Positions 31,861 through 41,434 of a stretch of 64,000 bases of DNA are shown one piece after another (position 1 is the first letter of the stretch; the number at the start of each line of letters is the position of its first letter). The translations under genes and the position numbers were made by a program. The notes beneath the pieces were generated by a model. The model was given only the letters and a program-made list of their open reading frames with translations. It was not told the DNA's origin and did no database searches. Location of the stretch: NCBI GenBank assembly GCA_951813565.1, contig OX638351.1:2784001-2848000 (forward strand). The letters are read 5' to 3'. The stretch comes from an uncultured Poribacteria bacterium. Its GTDB lineage: Bacteria; Poribacteria; WGA-4E; WGA-3G.

Positions 31861-32709
31861 ATGTATCCTACCTTAATTGATTTTGGGACAATTTTTTCTA
31901 TTCCCATCGGCATTCATAGCTACGGCGTTATGTTAGCCACTGCCTTCATTACATGTAGCATAATTATACAACGCGAATTAGATAGGAGAGGTTTTCAAGG
32001 GGATATAGCGATAACAATTGTCGCTGCGGGTGCTATTGGCGGGATTATCGGCGCGAAAATCTACTTTATTTTTCTTGATGGTAGAATACAGTTAGACGAA
32101 ATTTTTTCTCCAACCGGCTTAGTCTGGTATGGCGGACTAATCGGTGGTAGTACGGCGGCCAGTTGGGTTATCCACCGTTCGTCTAATCCGTTTTTACCGA
32201 CTGTTGACGTCCTCGGACCACTCCTACTGCTTGGGTACGGTATTGGTCGTATCGGATGTTTGCTTGCTGGTGACGGTGACTACGGTCCGCCCTCTGACGT
32301 GCCGTGGGCAATGGCATTCCCAAATGGCACCGTTCCAACAAATGACCTTGTCCACCCTACCCCTATCTATGAAACCCTTATTTCTTTTACGTTCTTCGGT
32401 ATCCTCTGGTCACAACGGCAAAAATTTTACTCAATACCAGGAGTGCTTTTTGGTGCGAGTCTTGTTATGCTTGCCGTGGAGAGATTTACCGTAGAATTTT
32501 GGCGGTTGACGCCGCGTGTGTTTCCAGCAACATCGTCTTTGTCGTGGTTGACATCACCGCAGGTCGTTAGTATAATTCTATTCTGTTTTGGAATCTTTTT
32601 TATGATATGGATGTCTAAGCGACCAAAAGTGGAGATGGGTGTTGAAACCGCAACTTCGGAACCTGTAAATGAAACACCACGTCCGCAAAAACGGAGACGG
32701 CGGCGGTAA
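31861..32709 (+). CDS. lgt: Prolipoprotein diacylglyceryl transferase
   Basis: HSYG, GLVWYGG, IGRIGC..GD..G, HPTPIYE, RF.VEF.R. Confidence 0.9.
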   Translation: MYPTLIDFGTIFSIPIGIHSYGVMLATAFITCSIIIQRELDRRGFQGDIAITIVAAGAIGGIIGAKIYFIFLDGRIQLDEIFSPTGLVWYGGLIGGSTAASWVIHRSSNPFLPTVDVLGPLLLLGYGIGRIGCLLAGDGDYGPPSDVPWAMAFPNGTVPTNDLVHPTPIYETLISFTFFGILWSQRQKFYSIPGVLFGASLVMLAVERFTVEFWRLTPRVFPATSSLSWLTSPQVVSIILFCFGIFFMIWMSKRPKVEMGVETATSEPVNETPRPQKRRRRR

Positions 32710-32756
32710 TTCTATTTGTAGGAATATTTGAATCACGTTTTCAGTCTTACTCGTTC

Positions 32757-34019
32757 CTACTCACGCACCTGACCATCCCCATAAATAATATATTTATAAC
32801 TCGTCAATCCTTCAAGTCCCATTGGACCGCGAGAATGAAGTTTCTGCGTGCTAATCCCAACCTCTGCACCCAACCCAAATTCATAACCATCGGTGAAAAC
32901 GGTGCTGGCATTGACGTAAACTGCAGCGGAATCTACCTCTTTAAGAAATCGTTCCGCAGCGGTGTAACTTTCTGTGATGATCGCATCTGAATGATGTGAG
33001 CCATACGTCTCAATATGGTCAATAGCCGTATCCATGCTATCAACGACCCGAACCGATAAGATGTAATCAAGGTATTCTGTGCGCCAATCTTCTTCGGTTG
33101 CGGGTTTCGCAGCAGGATATATCTGACCGGTGTGTTCGCATCCTCGGATTTCAACCTCAGCATCTCGCAACTTGTCACAGATAATAGGTAGATATTTTTC
33201 AGCGACTGCCTCGTGAACCAATAAGGTCTCCACAGCATTGCAGACCCCGACTTTATATCCCACTTTTGCGTTCATGCAAAGTTTTGTTGCCATCTCAAGG
33301 TTAGCGGCTTCGTCAACATAGATATGACAGATACCGTCGGCATGTCCAAGCACAGGGATATCGGATTCCCGCATCAAAAATTGGACGAATTCGTTACTAC
33401 CGCGCGGAATAACAAGGTCAATGTATTCTGGGAGACGGATAAGTTCATAGACCGCTTGTCTGTCGGTGGTGTCAACAAACTGGATCGCATCTGGCACACC
33501 TTCTGCAGCAGCGGTGTCGCTGAGGATACGAGCGAGTATAGTATTGGAATGGATTGCTTCGGAACCGCCTCGCAAAATAACGCCATTGCCGGATTTGATG
33601 CAAAGTGCAGATACCTCAACAGTTACGTCAGGGCGCGACTCATACACGACACCAACGACACCGATAGGCACACGCACTGTACCGATTTTGAGTCCGTTGG
33701 GGCGTTCACCCATACTTATAACTTCTCCGATAGGATCTGGCAAGGCAGCGACTTGTCGAAGGTTGTCCGCCATCCGCTCAATTTTTTGGTCATCAATTAG
33801 GAGACGTTGCATGAGTGGCGCAGCAAGCTCTGTTTTTTTGCCGTTTTCAAGGTCAAAACGGTTTACTTCCTGAATATCGTCCTTTGATTTAAGAATATTT
33901 TCAGCCATCGCTAAAAGCGCGTTGTTTCGAATATCTGCAGAACTACGCGACAAAACGCGCATCGCTGCTTTCGCCTTTTTGGCTTTTGATTGGATCATGT
34001 GCTGAATGTTTTTGTCCAT
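32757..34019 (-). CDS. proA: Gamma-glutamyl phosphate reductase
   Basis: VPIGVVGVVYESRP, VCNAVETLL, NAST.FTDG.EFGLGAEVGISTQKLHSRGPMGL. Confidence 0.96.
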   Translation of the reverse strand: MDKNIQHMIQSKAKKAKAAMRVLSRSSADIRNNALLAMAENILKSKDDIQEVNRFDLENGKKTELAAPLMQRLLIDDQKIERMADNLRQVAALPDPIGEVISMGERPNGLKIGTVRVPIGVVGVVYESRPDVTVEVSALCIKSGNGVILRGGSEAIHSNTILARILSDTAAAEGVPDAIQFVDTTDRQAVYELIRLPEYIDLVIPRGSNEFVQFLMRESDIPVLGHADGICHIYVDEAANLEMATKLCMNAKVGYKVGVCNAVETLLVHEAVAEKYLPIICDKLRDAEVEIRGCEHTGQIYPAAKPATEEDWRTEYLDYILSVRVVDSMDTAIDHIETYGSHHSDAIITESYTAAERFLKEVDSAAVYVNASTVFTDGYEFGLGAEVGISTQKLHSRGPMGLEGLTSYKYIIYGDGQVRE

Positions 34020-34052
34020 GTTATTCCTTTTGTCTATTGACAACGCTATATA

Positions 34053-34262
34053 TTATGACTGTGCCTTAGCTACATGTTTATCAATCAGTTCAAGGACAGC
34101 AGGCACCAATTCCGTAGGAATCGCCATTAACGTGCTGGATTCATTCTGCAACGCAGTTTCAGCTTCAGCGACAGCTTCATCTTCTGTCTGCTGATCGTAA
34201 TAAGCAATGACATCTCGTAAGCTTTTTTCATTCCAACCGGGTGGGAATTTATTATGTTTCAT
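34053..34262 (-). CDS. Small conserved hypothetical protein
   Basis: 69 aa, FPPGWNE...YYDQQTEDEAVAE; lies in the pro operon orientation. Confidence 0.65.
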   Translation of the reverse strand: MKHNKFPPGWNEKSLRDVIAYYDQQTEDEAVAEAETALQNESSTLMAIPTELVPAVLELIDKHVAKAQS

Positions 34263-34386
34263 CTATCTGGATGTTGGCAAACGTATGTTCATTATGCTTT
34301 AATTTCAAGATAATTATATCATATATCAAGTCCAAATCGCAAGTGGTGTGTAAAGTTTTTGTACTAACTTCCCATTAACTATTGTA

Positions 34387-34677
34387 ACGACTTGTGCCAG
34401 TTAACATTTTGTTTTGTTGGTTTTCACATATATTTGCATTTGTGCTATAAACATATCGTCCCTACCAAATCAACGCCAAATGCGCCAAATCAACGGTATG
34501 AATGCCTTTTGGCATTCCCCGTATGGCATTTGGCGGGACTAAAGAGTGCTCGTCCAATCATTTTCTATAAACATATCGTCCCTACGGGACTGAAGAACAT
34601 ATAAATATATGATAATGACTTACAAACATTTCTTTTGTGAAATAAAGTTCTACAAATGGTTATTTAGCACAACTCGT
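34387..34677. mobile_element. MITE (same TIR family as 7714-7959) with 7-bp TSD TATTGTA
   Basis: ACGACTTGTGCCAGTTAA...GCACAACTCGT; TATTGTA at 34380-34386 and 34678-34684. Confidence 0.75.
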
Positions 34678-34699
34678 TATTGTAGTGTAGTGGTATCTG

Positions 34700-35330
34700 C
34701 GCCCAAAGGCGTCAATTTAAGGAATTTTACCTAATATTTTGTGTATATGTAGCCCCGGAGGGGCGGAATGTGTATAGAACAGTCGGAACCCATTCACAAA
34801 GCCCCGGAGGGGCGAAAGGTGTAATTATATGAGGGGTGTGCATAAATATTTGGCACATCAACACAGACAGGGACAGACACCATGTGCCGCTTGATTTATA
34901 GAAATGCGTTTGTAGTCGCGCAATTCATTGCCAAATCAACGCAGCATGCGCCAAATCAAGAAATCAACGGTATGAATCATGGCGAATGCCATACGCGCAT
35001 TCGTCTTTAGTCATTCACCGGGTATGAATGCCTTATGGCATTCCCCGTGTGGCATGCTGCGCCTCTTTGAACTTGTGGACGGAAACCCACGGCGTGTGCG
35101 GACTACCTTTAAGCGCATATTTAACATCGGAATTATTTATGCACACCCCTCAATTATATGGGGTTGCAATACACCTTTCGCCCCTCTGGGGCTAAATGAG
35201 GTGTTTGATACCATTTCCTATACACATTCCGCACCGCTGGTGCTTGCTGCCTGCTAATCAACACCTTTTGCTTATAGCCACACTAAATTGAAAGTTATGG
35301 GTTTCGCTCCGCTCTACCTAACGGACGATA
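34700..35330. repeat. Cluster of nested REP/MITE-like palindromes
   Basis: AGCCCCGGAGGGGCG direct and inverted copies, GTAGTCGCGCAATTCATTGC unit, GGCGTCAATTTAAG end motif. Confidence 0.65.
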
Positions 35331-35432
35331 CTATTATGAAGCATTAACGTGTGTCATAAAATGCGTCAGAAATAGAAAACTAAATAACCCTGGACACACT
35401 TGCTCTATAATTGTAAATCTCAAAGGTGTGCA

Positions 35433-36629
35433 TCAACCAAGCAATACGAGGTTATCCCGATGTATAATTTCATCGTAATCGTGATAACCGAGAATTTTTT
35501 CTATATCCTGCGTCTGCTTTCCAGCGAGTTTTGAAGTTTCTGTGGAGTTATAATTTATCAAGCCACGAGCGAATTCCACTCCATTTTCGGTGAAACACGA
35601 GACCGTATCACTGTAATTAAAATGTCCTTCGACGCGCCGAATACCTGCAGGCAATAAACTTTTTCCACCTTGCACAAGTGCGTCTCGTGCGCCATTGTCT
35701 ACAACAAGGTAACCTTTGGGTGGACGTGAATAGGCGATCCAGCGTTTACGTCCAGAGATACGAGTATTGGGAAGGAAAAGTGTGCCGAGCAGTTCGCCTT
35801 TAAGGAGGCGCGTAACTATAAGAGGCTCTCGACCATACGCGATAACTACCATTTCCCCAGAAGCAGTAACAATTTCGGAGGCTCGCAACTTGGTAATCAT
35901 GCCGCCAGTACCGCTGGTTGTGCCAGCTTGCCCCGCGGCTTTCCACATTTCCTCCGAAATAACGTTGACGGTGTGGATTAATTCCGAATCTGGATTTTGT
36001 CTCGGATCTTCTGTGAAAAAACCGTGCTGATCGGAGAGAATAACGAGGAGATCGGCTTGGACAAGGTTTGTTACGTAGGCTGAAAGTGTATCGTTATCGC
36101 CTACCTTAATTTCGTCTACAGCGACACTGTCGTTTTCATTAATAATAGGAATGGCATCAAGTTGAAGCAGCGCATGCAAAGCGTCATTCATACGGGTGTA
36201 ACGTTTCCTGTCGGAGAAATCATCCTGTGTGAGCAAATGCGTGCTGCACACTTGTTGATAGTGGCGGAAACGTTCTTCGTAAGCAGCCATCAATCGAATC
36301 TGTCCGACAGCAGCAGATGCTTGCAACTCGGGTAACGTCTGCGGTTTTGTGCTAAGACCGAGATAGGGCCACCCTGCCGCAATCGCTCCCGACGTGACCA
36401 AGATAACTTCAACTCCATTTTGTTTAACAGTCGCTAAATCGTGAACAAGACCATCAAGGGCAGATTCATTGATGCGCAGGTTGTCTGAAATGGTGCTACT
36501 ACCAACTTTTACGACAATGCGTTGGACATTAGATAAACATTCACGATCTCTAACCTGCTTATGTTGATCCATACCGTTGATTTGTCGGTGCGACTGTGTC
36601 TGAGTGAAAATCTCACCAGATTTTTCCAT
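35433..36629 (-). CDS. proB: Glutamate 5-kinase with PUA domain
   Basis: VVKVGSS, VTSGAIAAG, PIINEND, GDNDTLSA, GTGGMITKL, IHRDNLV. Confidence 0.96.
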   Translation of the reverse strand: MEKSGEIFTQTQSHRQINGMDQHKQVRDRECLSNVQRIVVKVGSSTISDNLRINESALDGLVHDLATVKQNGVEVILVTSGAIAAGWPYLGLSTKPQTLPELQASAAVGQIRLMAAYEERFRHYQQVCSTHLLTQDDFSDRKRYTRMNDALHALLQLDAIPIINENDSVAVDEIKVGDNDTLSAYVTNLVQADLLVILSDQHGFFTEDPRQNPDSELIHTVNVISEEMWKAAGQAGTTSGTGGMITKLRASEIVTASGEMVVIAYGREPLIVTRLLKGELLGTLFLPNTRISGRKRWIAYSRPPKGYLVVDNGARDALVQGGKSLLPAGIRRVEGHFNYSDTVSCFTENGVEFARGLINYNSTETSKLAGKQTQDIEKILGYHDYDEIIHRDNLVLLG

Positions 36630-36640
36630 TCTGTGTCACT

Positions 36641-37933
36641 TTATCTAATCATTTTCGGACTATAGGTAAATTCGAATTCATCAATCTGAATTGTATCCCC
36701 TTCTTTGACGTCAGAACGAGTAAGAGCGTTTATTACGCCCATCTTTTTTAGTTTCCGAAACAGCAGCATCAACGCTTGTTCGTTTTCCATATCGGTCATA
36801 ACAACGGCACGTCTCGGTTCATCACCAGTGACGACAAATCCGTTTTCAGTTTTATGGAGTTCAAACCGTGCACGCGGTTCAGGCGGAAGTTCAGGTTCAA
36901 AAGTAATCGTTGTTTCAGCTTGTTCTCGTGCCTTTGCTTCAAGATATTGTAAGGAACGGTATGCCTGTTGCATCAAAGCGTTTACGCCCTCACCTGTAAT
37001 GGCAGAGATAGGAAAAACTTTTCGCTTACCGAAATATTCTTGTACGCGTGCTAAGTTTGCCTCTGCTTCTGGTGTATCAATTTTATTTAATGCAATGAGT
37101 TGGGGAAGATCGGTCAACATTGGATTGTAATGTCCGAGTTCAAGATTTAGCTGCTCATAGTCCTTAATCGGGTCCCGACCGTCTGTGGCACTGAGGTCAA
37201 TCACATGAATCAGCATTTTGGTGCGTTCAATGTGTCGTAAAAATTGGTGTCCTAATCCTGCACCCTTATGTGCACCTTCTATCAGTCCGGGGATATCCGC
37301 AAGCACAAAATTCTGCTCTTGATTAATGCGGACAACACCGAGGTTTGGGCTAAGGGTTGTAAATGGATAGGAGGCGATTTTTGGCGTAGCAGCAGAGGTT
37401 CGGGCTAACAGCGTGGATTTACCAGCATTCGGATAACCGACTAACCCAACATCGGCGATGAGTTTGACTTCAAGGCTTATCTCACGTTCTTGCCCAGGTT
37501 CACCTTTTTCAGCCACGCGTGGGACCTGAAAAGTGCTGCTTTTAAAGCGAGAATTGCCTTTACCACCGATGCCGCCGCGTGCTGCTACAACAGTTTGGTC
37601 AGCTTCCGTCAGGTCTGCAAGCATCTCACCAGTGTCAAAATCTTTGATGATGGTGCCGACAGGAACTTTAATAATACGATCAGCGCCATCAGCACCGGAC
37701 CGCTGCTTACCTGCACCGTGTGCACCGCTTTCGGCGACCTGACGAGGGTTATGGCGTAGATCAATTAGGGTGCTCATCCCAAGGGTAGCAACAAGGATGA
37801 TGTTTCCGCCGTTTCCACCATCACCACCATCGGGACCGCCGCGTGGCACATATTTCTCACGGCGAAAACTGATACACCCGTTGCCACCATTGCCTGCTTT
37901 GACTTGAATTCTTGCTGTGTCCATCTCTGTCAT
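36641..37933 (-). CDS. obgE: GTPase ObgE/CgtA
   Basis: AGNGGNGCISFRREKYVPRGGPDGGDGG, GYPNAGKSTL, DIPGLIEGA, NKID; true start may be ATG37924 because ATG37933 falls inside the predicted IS end. Confidence 0.96.
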   Translation of the reverse strand: MTEMDTARIQVKAGNGGNGCISFRREKYVPRGGPDGGDGGNGGNIILVATLGMSTLIDLRHNPRQVAESGAHGAGKQRSGADGADRIIKVPVGTIIKDFDTGEMLADLTEADQTVVAARGGIGGKGNSRFKSSTFQVPRVAEKGEPGQEREISLEVKLIADVGLVGYPNAGKSTLLARTSAATPKIASYPFTTLSPNLGVVRINQEQNFVLADIPGLIEGAHKGAGLGHQFLRHIERTKMLIHVIDLSATDGRDPIKDYEQLNLELGHYNPMLTDLPQLIALNKIDTPEAEANLARVQEYFGKRKVFPISAITGEGVNALMQQAYRSLQYLEAKAREQAETTITFEPELPPEPRARFELHKTENGFVVTGDEPRRAVVMTDMENEQALMLLFRKLKKMGVINALTRSDVKEGDTIQIDEFEFTYSPKMIR

Positions 37934-38060
37934 AGGTACCCACTACCTAAAGGTAGGGGCTTGTGCTTCCTTGCGACTGCGGTTTTCTCAGAGAGTTGAC
38001 CGTCTTATTGTCGCTCCACTTTAGGCAGCCAAGCCTGCCTGTTTGATATTGATAGCAGCA
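37929..38060 (-). ncRNA. Putative TnpB omega/reRNA scaffold at the element right end
   Basis: Position 3' of tnpB including the right-end hairpin; boundaries inferred from family knowledge. Confidence 0.5.
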
Positions 38061-39133
38061 TTGATGTCTCTGTCGTGGTGTGAACCACATTCGGGACATG
38101 TCCACTGTCTATCTGCGAGAGAGAGTTCTTTGTTATGGTATCCACAATCACTACAAGGTTTTGTTGTTGCTATCCATTGAGAGATTTGCACAAGTTTTTT
38201 GCCGTGCTTCGCACACTTCTGTTCCAATATCTGAAGAAACTGGTAGAAAGAATGGTCAGAAACTTTACGTCCCCATAATCGTTTCATACCGTCAAGGTTC
38301 AGCGTTTCCAAAATGAGTGTGTCAAACTCTACACAAAGTTTTGAGGCAAGTTTCCATTGCCAATCTTCTCTTTGTCGGGCAACTTTTCTGTGTTGCCTTG
38401 CTAAAGCACGGCACGCACGATAATAGTTGTTAGAACCTTTGACTTTACGACTGAGTGCTTTGTTGAGAGATCGCAACGTGTTGAGTGATTGTTTGAAAAA
38501 CTGCGGAGATTGTCCCTTGTTGCCTTCGTCGCTTGTGAGGAACGTTTTGTTTCCGTAATCAAATCCTGCGCTCTTACCCGTCTTGGGTTTGGGTTCGGAA
38601 TCCTCAACATTCTCGCACGAAAAGCATATCCAATAGTCACCGCACCTGTCACGTTTGATCGTGATCGTCTTGATGACACCTTTGATTTCACGGTGTTTGT
38701 GAAAGGAAAACCATGTATCTATACAGTTGATTTTGATACGGTTATCTTCAAGTTTGTAGCCCGCTTGTGTGAAGGTCATGGAGTTGTATTTGTGTCTCGG
38801 TTTGATTTTCGGTCTACCCACTTTACGCGTTGTTTTGCCCGCTTTTCGGTCTTCGATATTCTCAAAGAAAGCGTCTTGAGATTTACCATAACGTAGGACA
38901 ACGTCTTGAACAACTTGACTCGGCAAGTCCGCCCAGTGTGGTTTAGTTGTTTTTTTGAGTTTCGCAACATGTGCCTTCAGACGATACGCAGACAAATTTT
39001 TGCCGAACATGCGATAATACCTACGTGCCAAACGCATGATATGTAGATGGATTTCCCACATATCATCAAGCATATTGCCGAGTTTGATTGTGTTAGATTG
39101 GTGTTGAAGTTTGAACTTGTGAGATTTTCTCAT
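38021..39133 (-). CDS. tnpB: RNA-guided endonuclease TnpB
   Basis: RuvC-I GFDYG, RuvC-II LETL, zinc finger CSDCG...CPECG, RuvC-III RDINAAINI. Confidence 0.93.
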   Translation of the reverse strand: MRKSHKFKLQHQSNTIKLGNMLDDMWEIHLHIMRLARRYYRMFGKNLSAYRLKAHVAKLKKTTKPHWADLPSQVVQDVVLRYGKSQDAFFENIEDRKAGKTTRKVGRPKIKPRHKYNSMTFTQAGYKLEDNRIKINCIDTWFSFHKHREIKGVIKTITIKRDRCGDYWICFSCENVEDSEPKPKTGKSAGFDYGNKTFLTSDEGNKGQSPQFFKQSLNTLRSLNKALSRKVKGSNNYYRACRALARQHRKVARQREDWQWKLASKLCVEFDTLILETLNLDGMKRLWGRKVSDHSFYQFLQILEQKCAKHGKKLVQISQWIATTKPCSDCGYHNKELSLADRQWTCPECGSHHDRDINAAINIKQAGLAA

Positions 39134-39230
39134 TGTCCACTTTGACCTTCAATATAGTCTTTTATCACTTCAAGAGTTACACTGTAGTATGATATATTAT
39201 ACCACATTGTGATTAGATTGAAAAGTATAT

Positions 39231-40320
39231 CAGGACTTACGCAGTCTTGAAGATTATTGAAGGATTTGAGAGTTGATGTCGTAAATAATCGTCCAATAAG
39301 CTATCTTTAAGCTCATAAATTGTTCTACCAACTGCACGGGCAGTGCGTGTCAAACAGACCCATACTTGAAAACAACACGCAATATGATTTCTTTGCGCAC
39401 GCAACTTGCGACATTGACATTTACCAATACCAGTGACTTGTTTGATCTCACGATGAAATTGCTCAATCTTCCAACGCACTTTACATTCTTGGATTGTGGC
39501 ATCCGCATCTGATTGAGATAAATCGTTTGTAGCGATATATACCTTGTGTCCGTTAGAGGACGCTATCCGGAACAACTTCACTTGATGTCCATTTGGAAAC
39601 TTATTGATGTGCACGCGTTTTCCTTGTCGTATTTCTGTTTGGGTCCAACATAAATCTTGGACTTGTTGGTGTTGTTCAACACCATCCGTATCATTGACAA
39701 GACGATTACGCTTGAGAGGCACATAGTAAATCTTGGAAAGTTTTTCAATCGCTTTGATGACTTTCATTGACGCATACCAAGCATCCATGAGCACAGTCCG
39801 AAACGGGAGTTGTTTTTTCAAGTAGACATTGTGCAACATTTCCAGTAAATGGTCTATTTTGGTTTTACCATCATGATCTTTGTCAAAAATACGATAATCA
39901 ATGATCCAATATTCTTGCGTCTTTGGATTGACATAAAGACACGTGACAATACCGATGCCTACAACGACTTTTTTGTCGCTACCACTCCATTGAGAACGAA
40001 GGGCTTCAATCTCTTTGGCATGGAGTTTAGGAAGCACAAAATCATCAAAAACTATGTATCCTTCATCATCATACTCAATGTCATCCTTTACGGATTGCCA
40101 GAGTTCGCTTGAAGAAATGTTTTCATTTCTCAAGAAACGATTGAGTTGATCGTGGCTCCATTTTTCTGTCTGAGCAGCAAAGTAGGTTTGTGTCCAATTC
40201 GTGAAACTTGCTATCAAAAACTGACAATAATCGGAAAATAGGTTTTCCTTCTTTTGAGAGTGGGAAAATGTAATCATAATAGAATAGTATACACCATTTT
40301 ATAAAAATGCGTAAGTCCTG
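39231..40320 (-). mobile_element. IS701-like insertion sequence, 1090 bp
   Basis: 13-bp TIR CAGGACTTACGCA/TGCGTAAGTCCTG; 7-bp TSD AGTATAT at 39224-39230 and 40321-40327. Confidence 0.88.
39237..40277 (-). CDS. DDE transposase (IS701-like)
   Basis: IVFDD, IDYRIF..DGKTK, VLMDAWYA, RWKIEQFHREIKQ. Confidence 0.9.
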   Translation of the reverse strand: MITFSHSQKKENLFSDYCQFLIASFTNWTQTYFAAQTEKWSHDQLNRFLRNENISSSELWQSVKDDIEYDDEGYIVFDDFVLPKLHAKEIEALRSQWSGSDKKVVVGIGIVTCLYVNPKTQEYWIIDYRIFDKDHDGKTKIDHLLEMLHNVYLKKQLPFRTVLMDAWYASMKVIKAIEKLSKIYYVPLKRNRLVNDTDGVEQHQQVQDLCWTQTEIRQGKRVHINKFPNGHQVKLFRIASSNGHKVYIATNDLSQSDADATIQECKVRWKIEQFHREIKQVTGIGKCQCRKLRAQRNHIACCFQVWVCLTRTARAVGRTIYELKDSLLDDYLRHQLSNPSIIFKTA

Positions 40321-40405
40321 AGTATATTTTAAATCAAAACTTTCGCCGTCTACATCCCCTACCTAAAGGCAGGGGGTTTGACGGGGAGTGCTAAACGATA
40401 AAGTT

Positions 40406-40520
40406 ATACCAATTCTATAAATGAATTTCCCTTTCGAATTAGAATGTCCGAGGCGCAATAAATTGCGCGACTACGAACCAGCTATTTCTTAAAAGGTATG
40501 TTATTTTATAGAAATGGTAT
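40406..40520. repeat. Short MITE-like element containing the GAGGCGCAATNAATTGCGCGACTAC REP unit
   Basis: ATACCAATTCTATAAA/TTTATAGAAATGGTAT inverted termini; core unit also near 13986, 19121, 30151 and 34912 (reverse). Confidence 0.65.
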
Positions 40521-40571
40521 TAGGATTGTAAGGAAACTCAGAGACCTTGCATTATAAATTGGTCCGTATGA

Positions 40572-41414
40572 TCAAGGGGTATAATCTGATAGGTTAATAT
40601 CACTTTTAAGGGTGAATGTTGCGGAACGATTGGTATGCGGTGGATTCCATGTTATAGTAACCAGTACTTCTGGTAGAATCGTTCGAATGACGAGCCTAAC
40701 GCCGGATCCGCGTTCGCCTCCAGTGACCTGTGCAAACTCTGTTGCTTCACCACCATCTACGGTAATAGTGAACCCGTATCCCTCAAGCGAATTTGGTAAC
40801 CCACGCGGTCCACTATAGTCATCCGGGTAGTATATCCACACTATCCATTCGTCTCCGCGCAAGTTATTCGAGGGATTGCTAAAAACGTAATGTGAAACAA
40901 TATTATTGGGCGGACTATCGTCATTAGGCGGAGTGCCACCAGTGGGTGGTGTGCCATCATTAGGCGGAGTGCCATTCGTAGGAGGATTTCCGCTTGTGGG
41001 CGGGTTCCCATTCGTGGGTGGATTGCCACCGGATGGAGTGTCAACAATAGGTACTGGACCACCGTCTTTTGGTGGTAAATCGCTTATTATATCAGTATTA
41101 TCCCTTATTTTTTCTGCTTGCAATATAGTTCTGCCTTCGTAGGAGAAAACGTACCTGATACGTGATGGATAAATATGGACTATAGGTGAGGTACTATCTT
41201 TTCCTTTTGGATAAAGTGTTAGGCAAATTGAATCGTACCCACTCTGAAGGCATAGCGTTTCCCCATCAGGTGAAACAAGATATTTATCTATGTCTGCAGG
41301 TGTTAGCATTGAATCTGTAGAACCAATATAAGGCATATCAGAACATCCGGTTACGCAGGCAAGTATAATTATAGTATACGTTAGTTTTAGCAGTAAAGAT
41401 TTGATTTTCTGCAT
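40572..41414 (-). CDS. Hypothetical lipoprotein with Pro/Gly-rich hexapeptide repeats
   Basis: TGC lipobox; about seven (G/N/D)G(N/T)PP(T/N) repeats; paralog of the adjacent gene. Confidence 0.75.
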   Translation of the reverse strand: MQKIKSLLLKLTYTIIILACVTGCSDMPYIGSTDSMLTPADIDKYLVSPDGETLCLQSGYDSICLTLYPKGKDSTSPIVHIYPSRIRYVFSYEGRTILQAEKIRDNTDIISDLPPKDGGPVPIVDTPSGGNPPTNGNPPTSGNPPTNGTPPNDGTPPTGGTPPNDDSPPNNIVSHYVFSNPSNNLRGDEWIVWIYYPDDYSGPRGLPNSLEGYGFTITVDGGEATEFAQVTGGERGSGVRLVIRTILPEVLVTITWNPPHTNRSATFTLKSDINLSDYTP

Positions 41415-41434
41415 GATACCACTCCTTGTAGGAT

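Larger units (their letters stand above)
37929..40397 (-). mobile_element. IS200/IS605-family tnpB-only (IS1341-like) element, interrupted by an IS701-like IS
   Basis: Matching subterminal hairpins CCACTACCTAAAGGTAGGGG (37940-37959) and CCCCTACCTAAAGGCAGGGG (40356-40375) flank tnpB; exact ends inferred. Confidence 0.75.

Noticed and set aside
39237..40277. DDE transposase as the cognate transposase of tnpB
   Set aside because: It has its own TIRs and TSD, so it is a nested independent IS.
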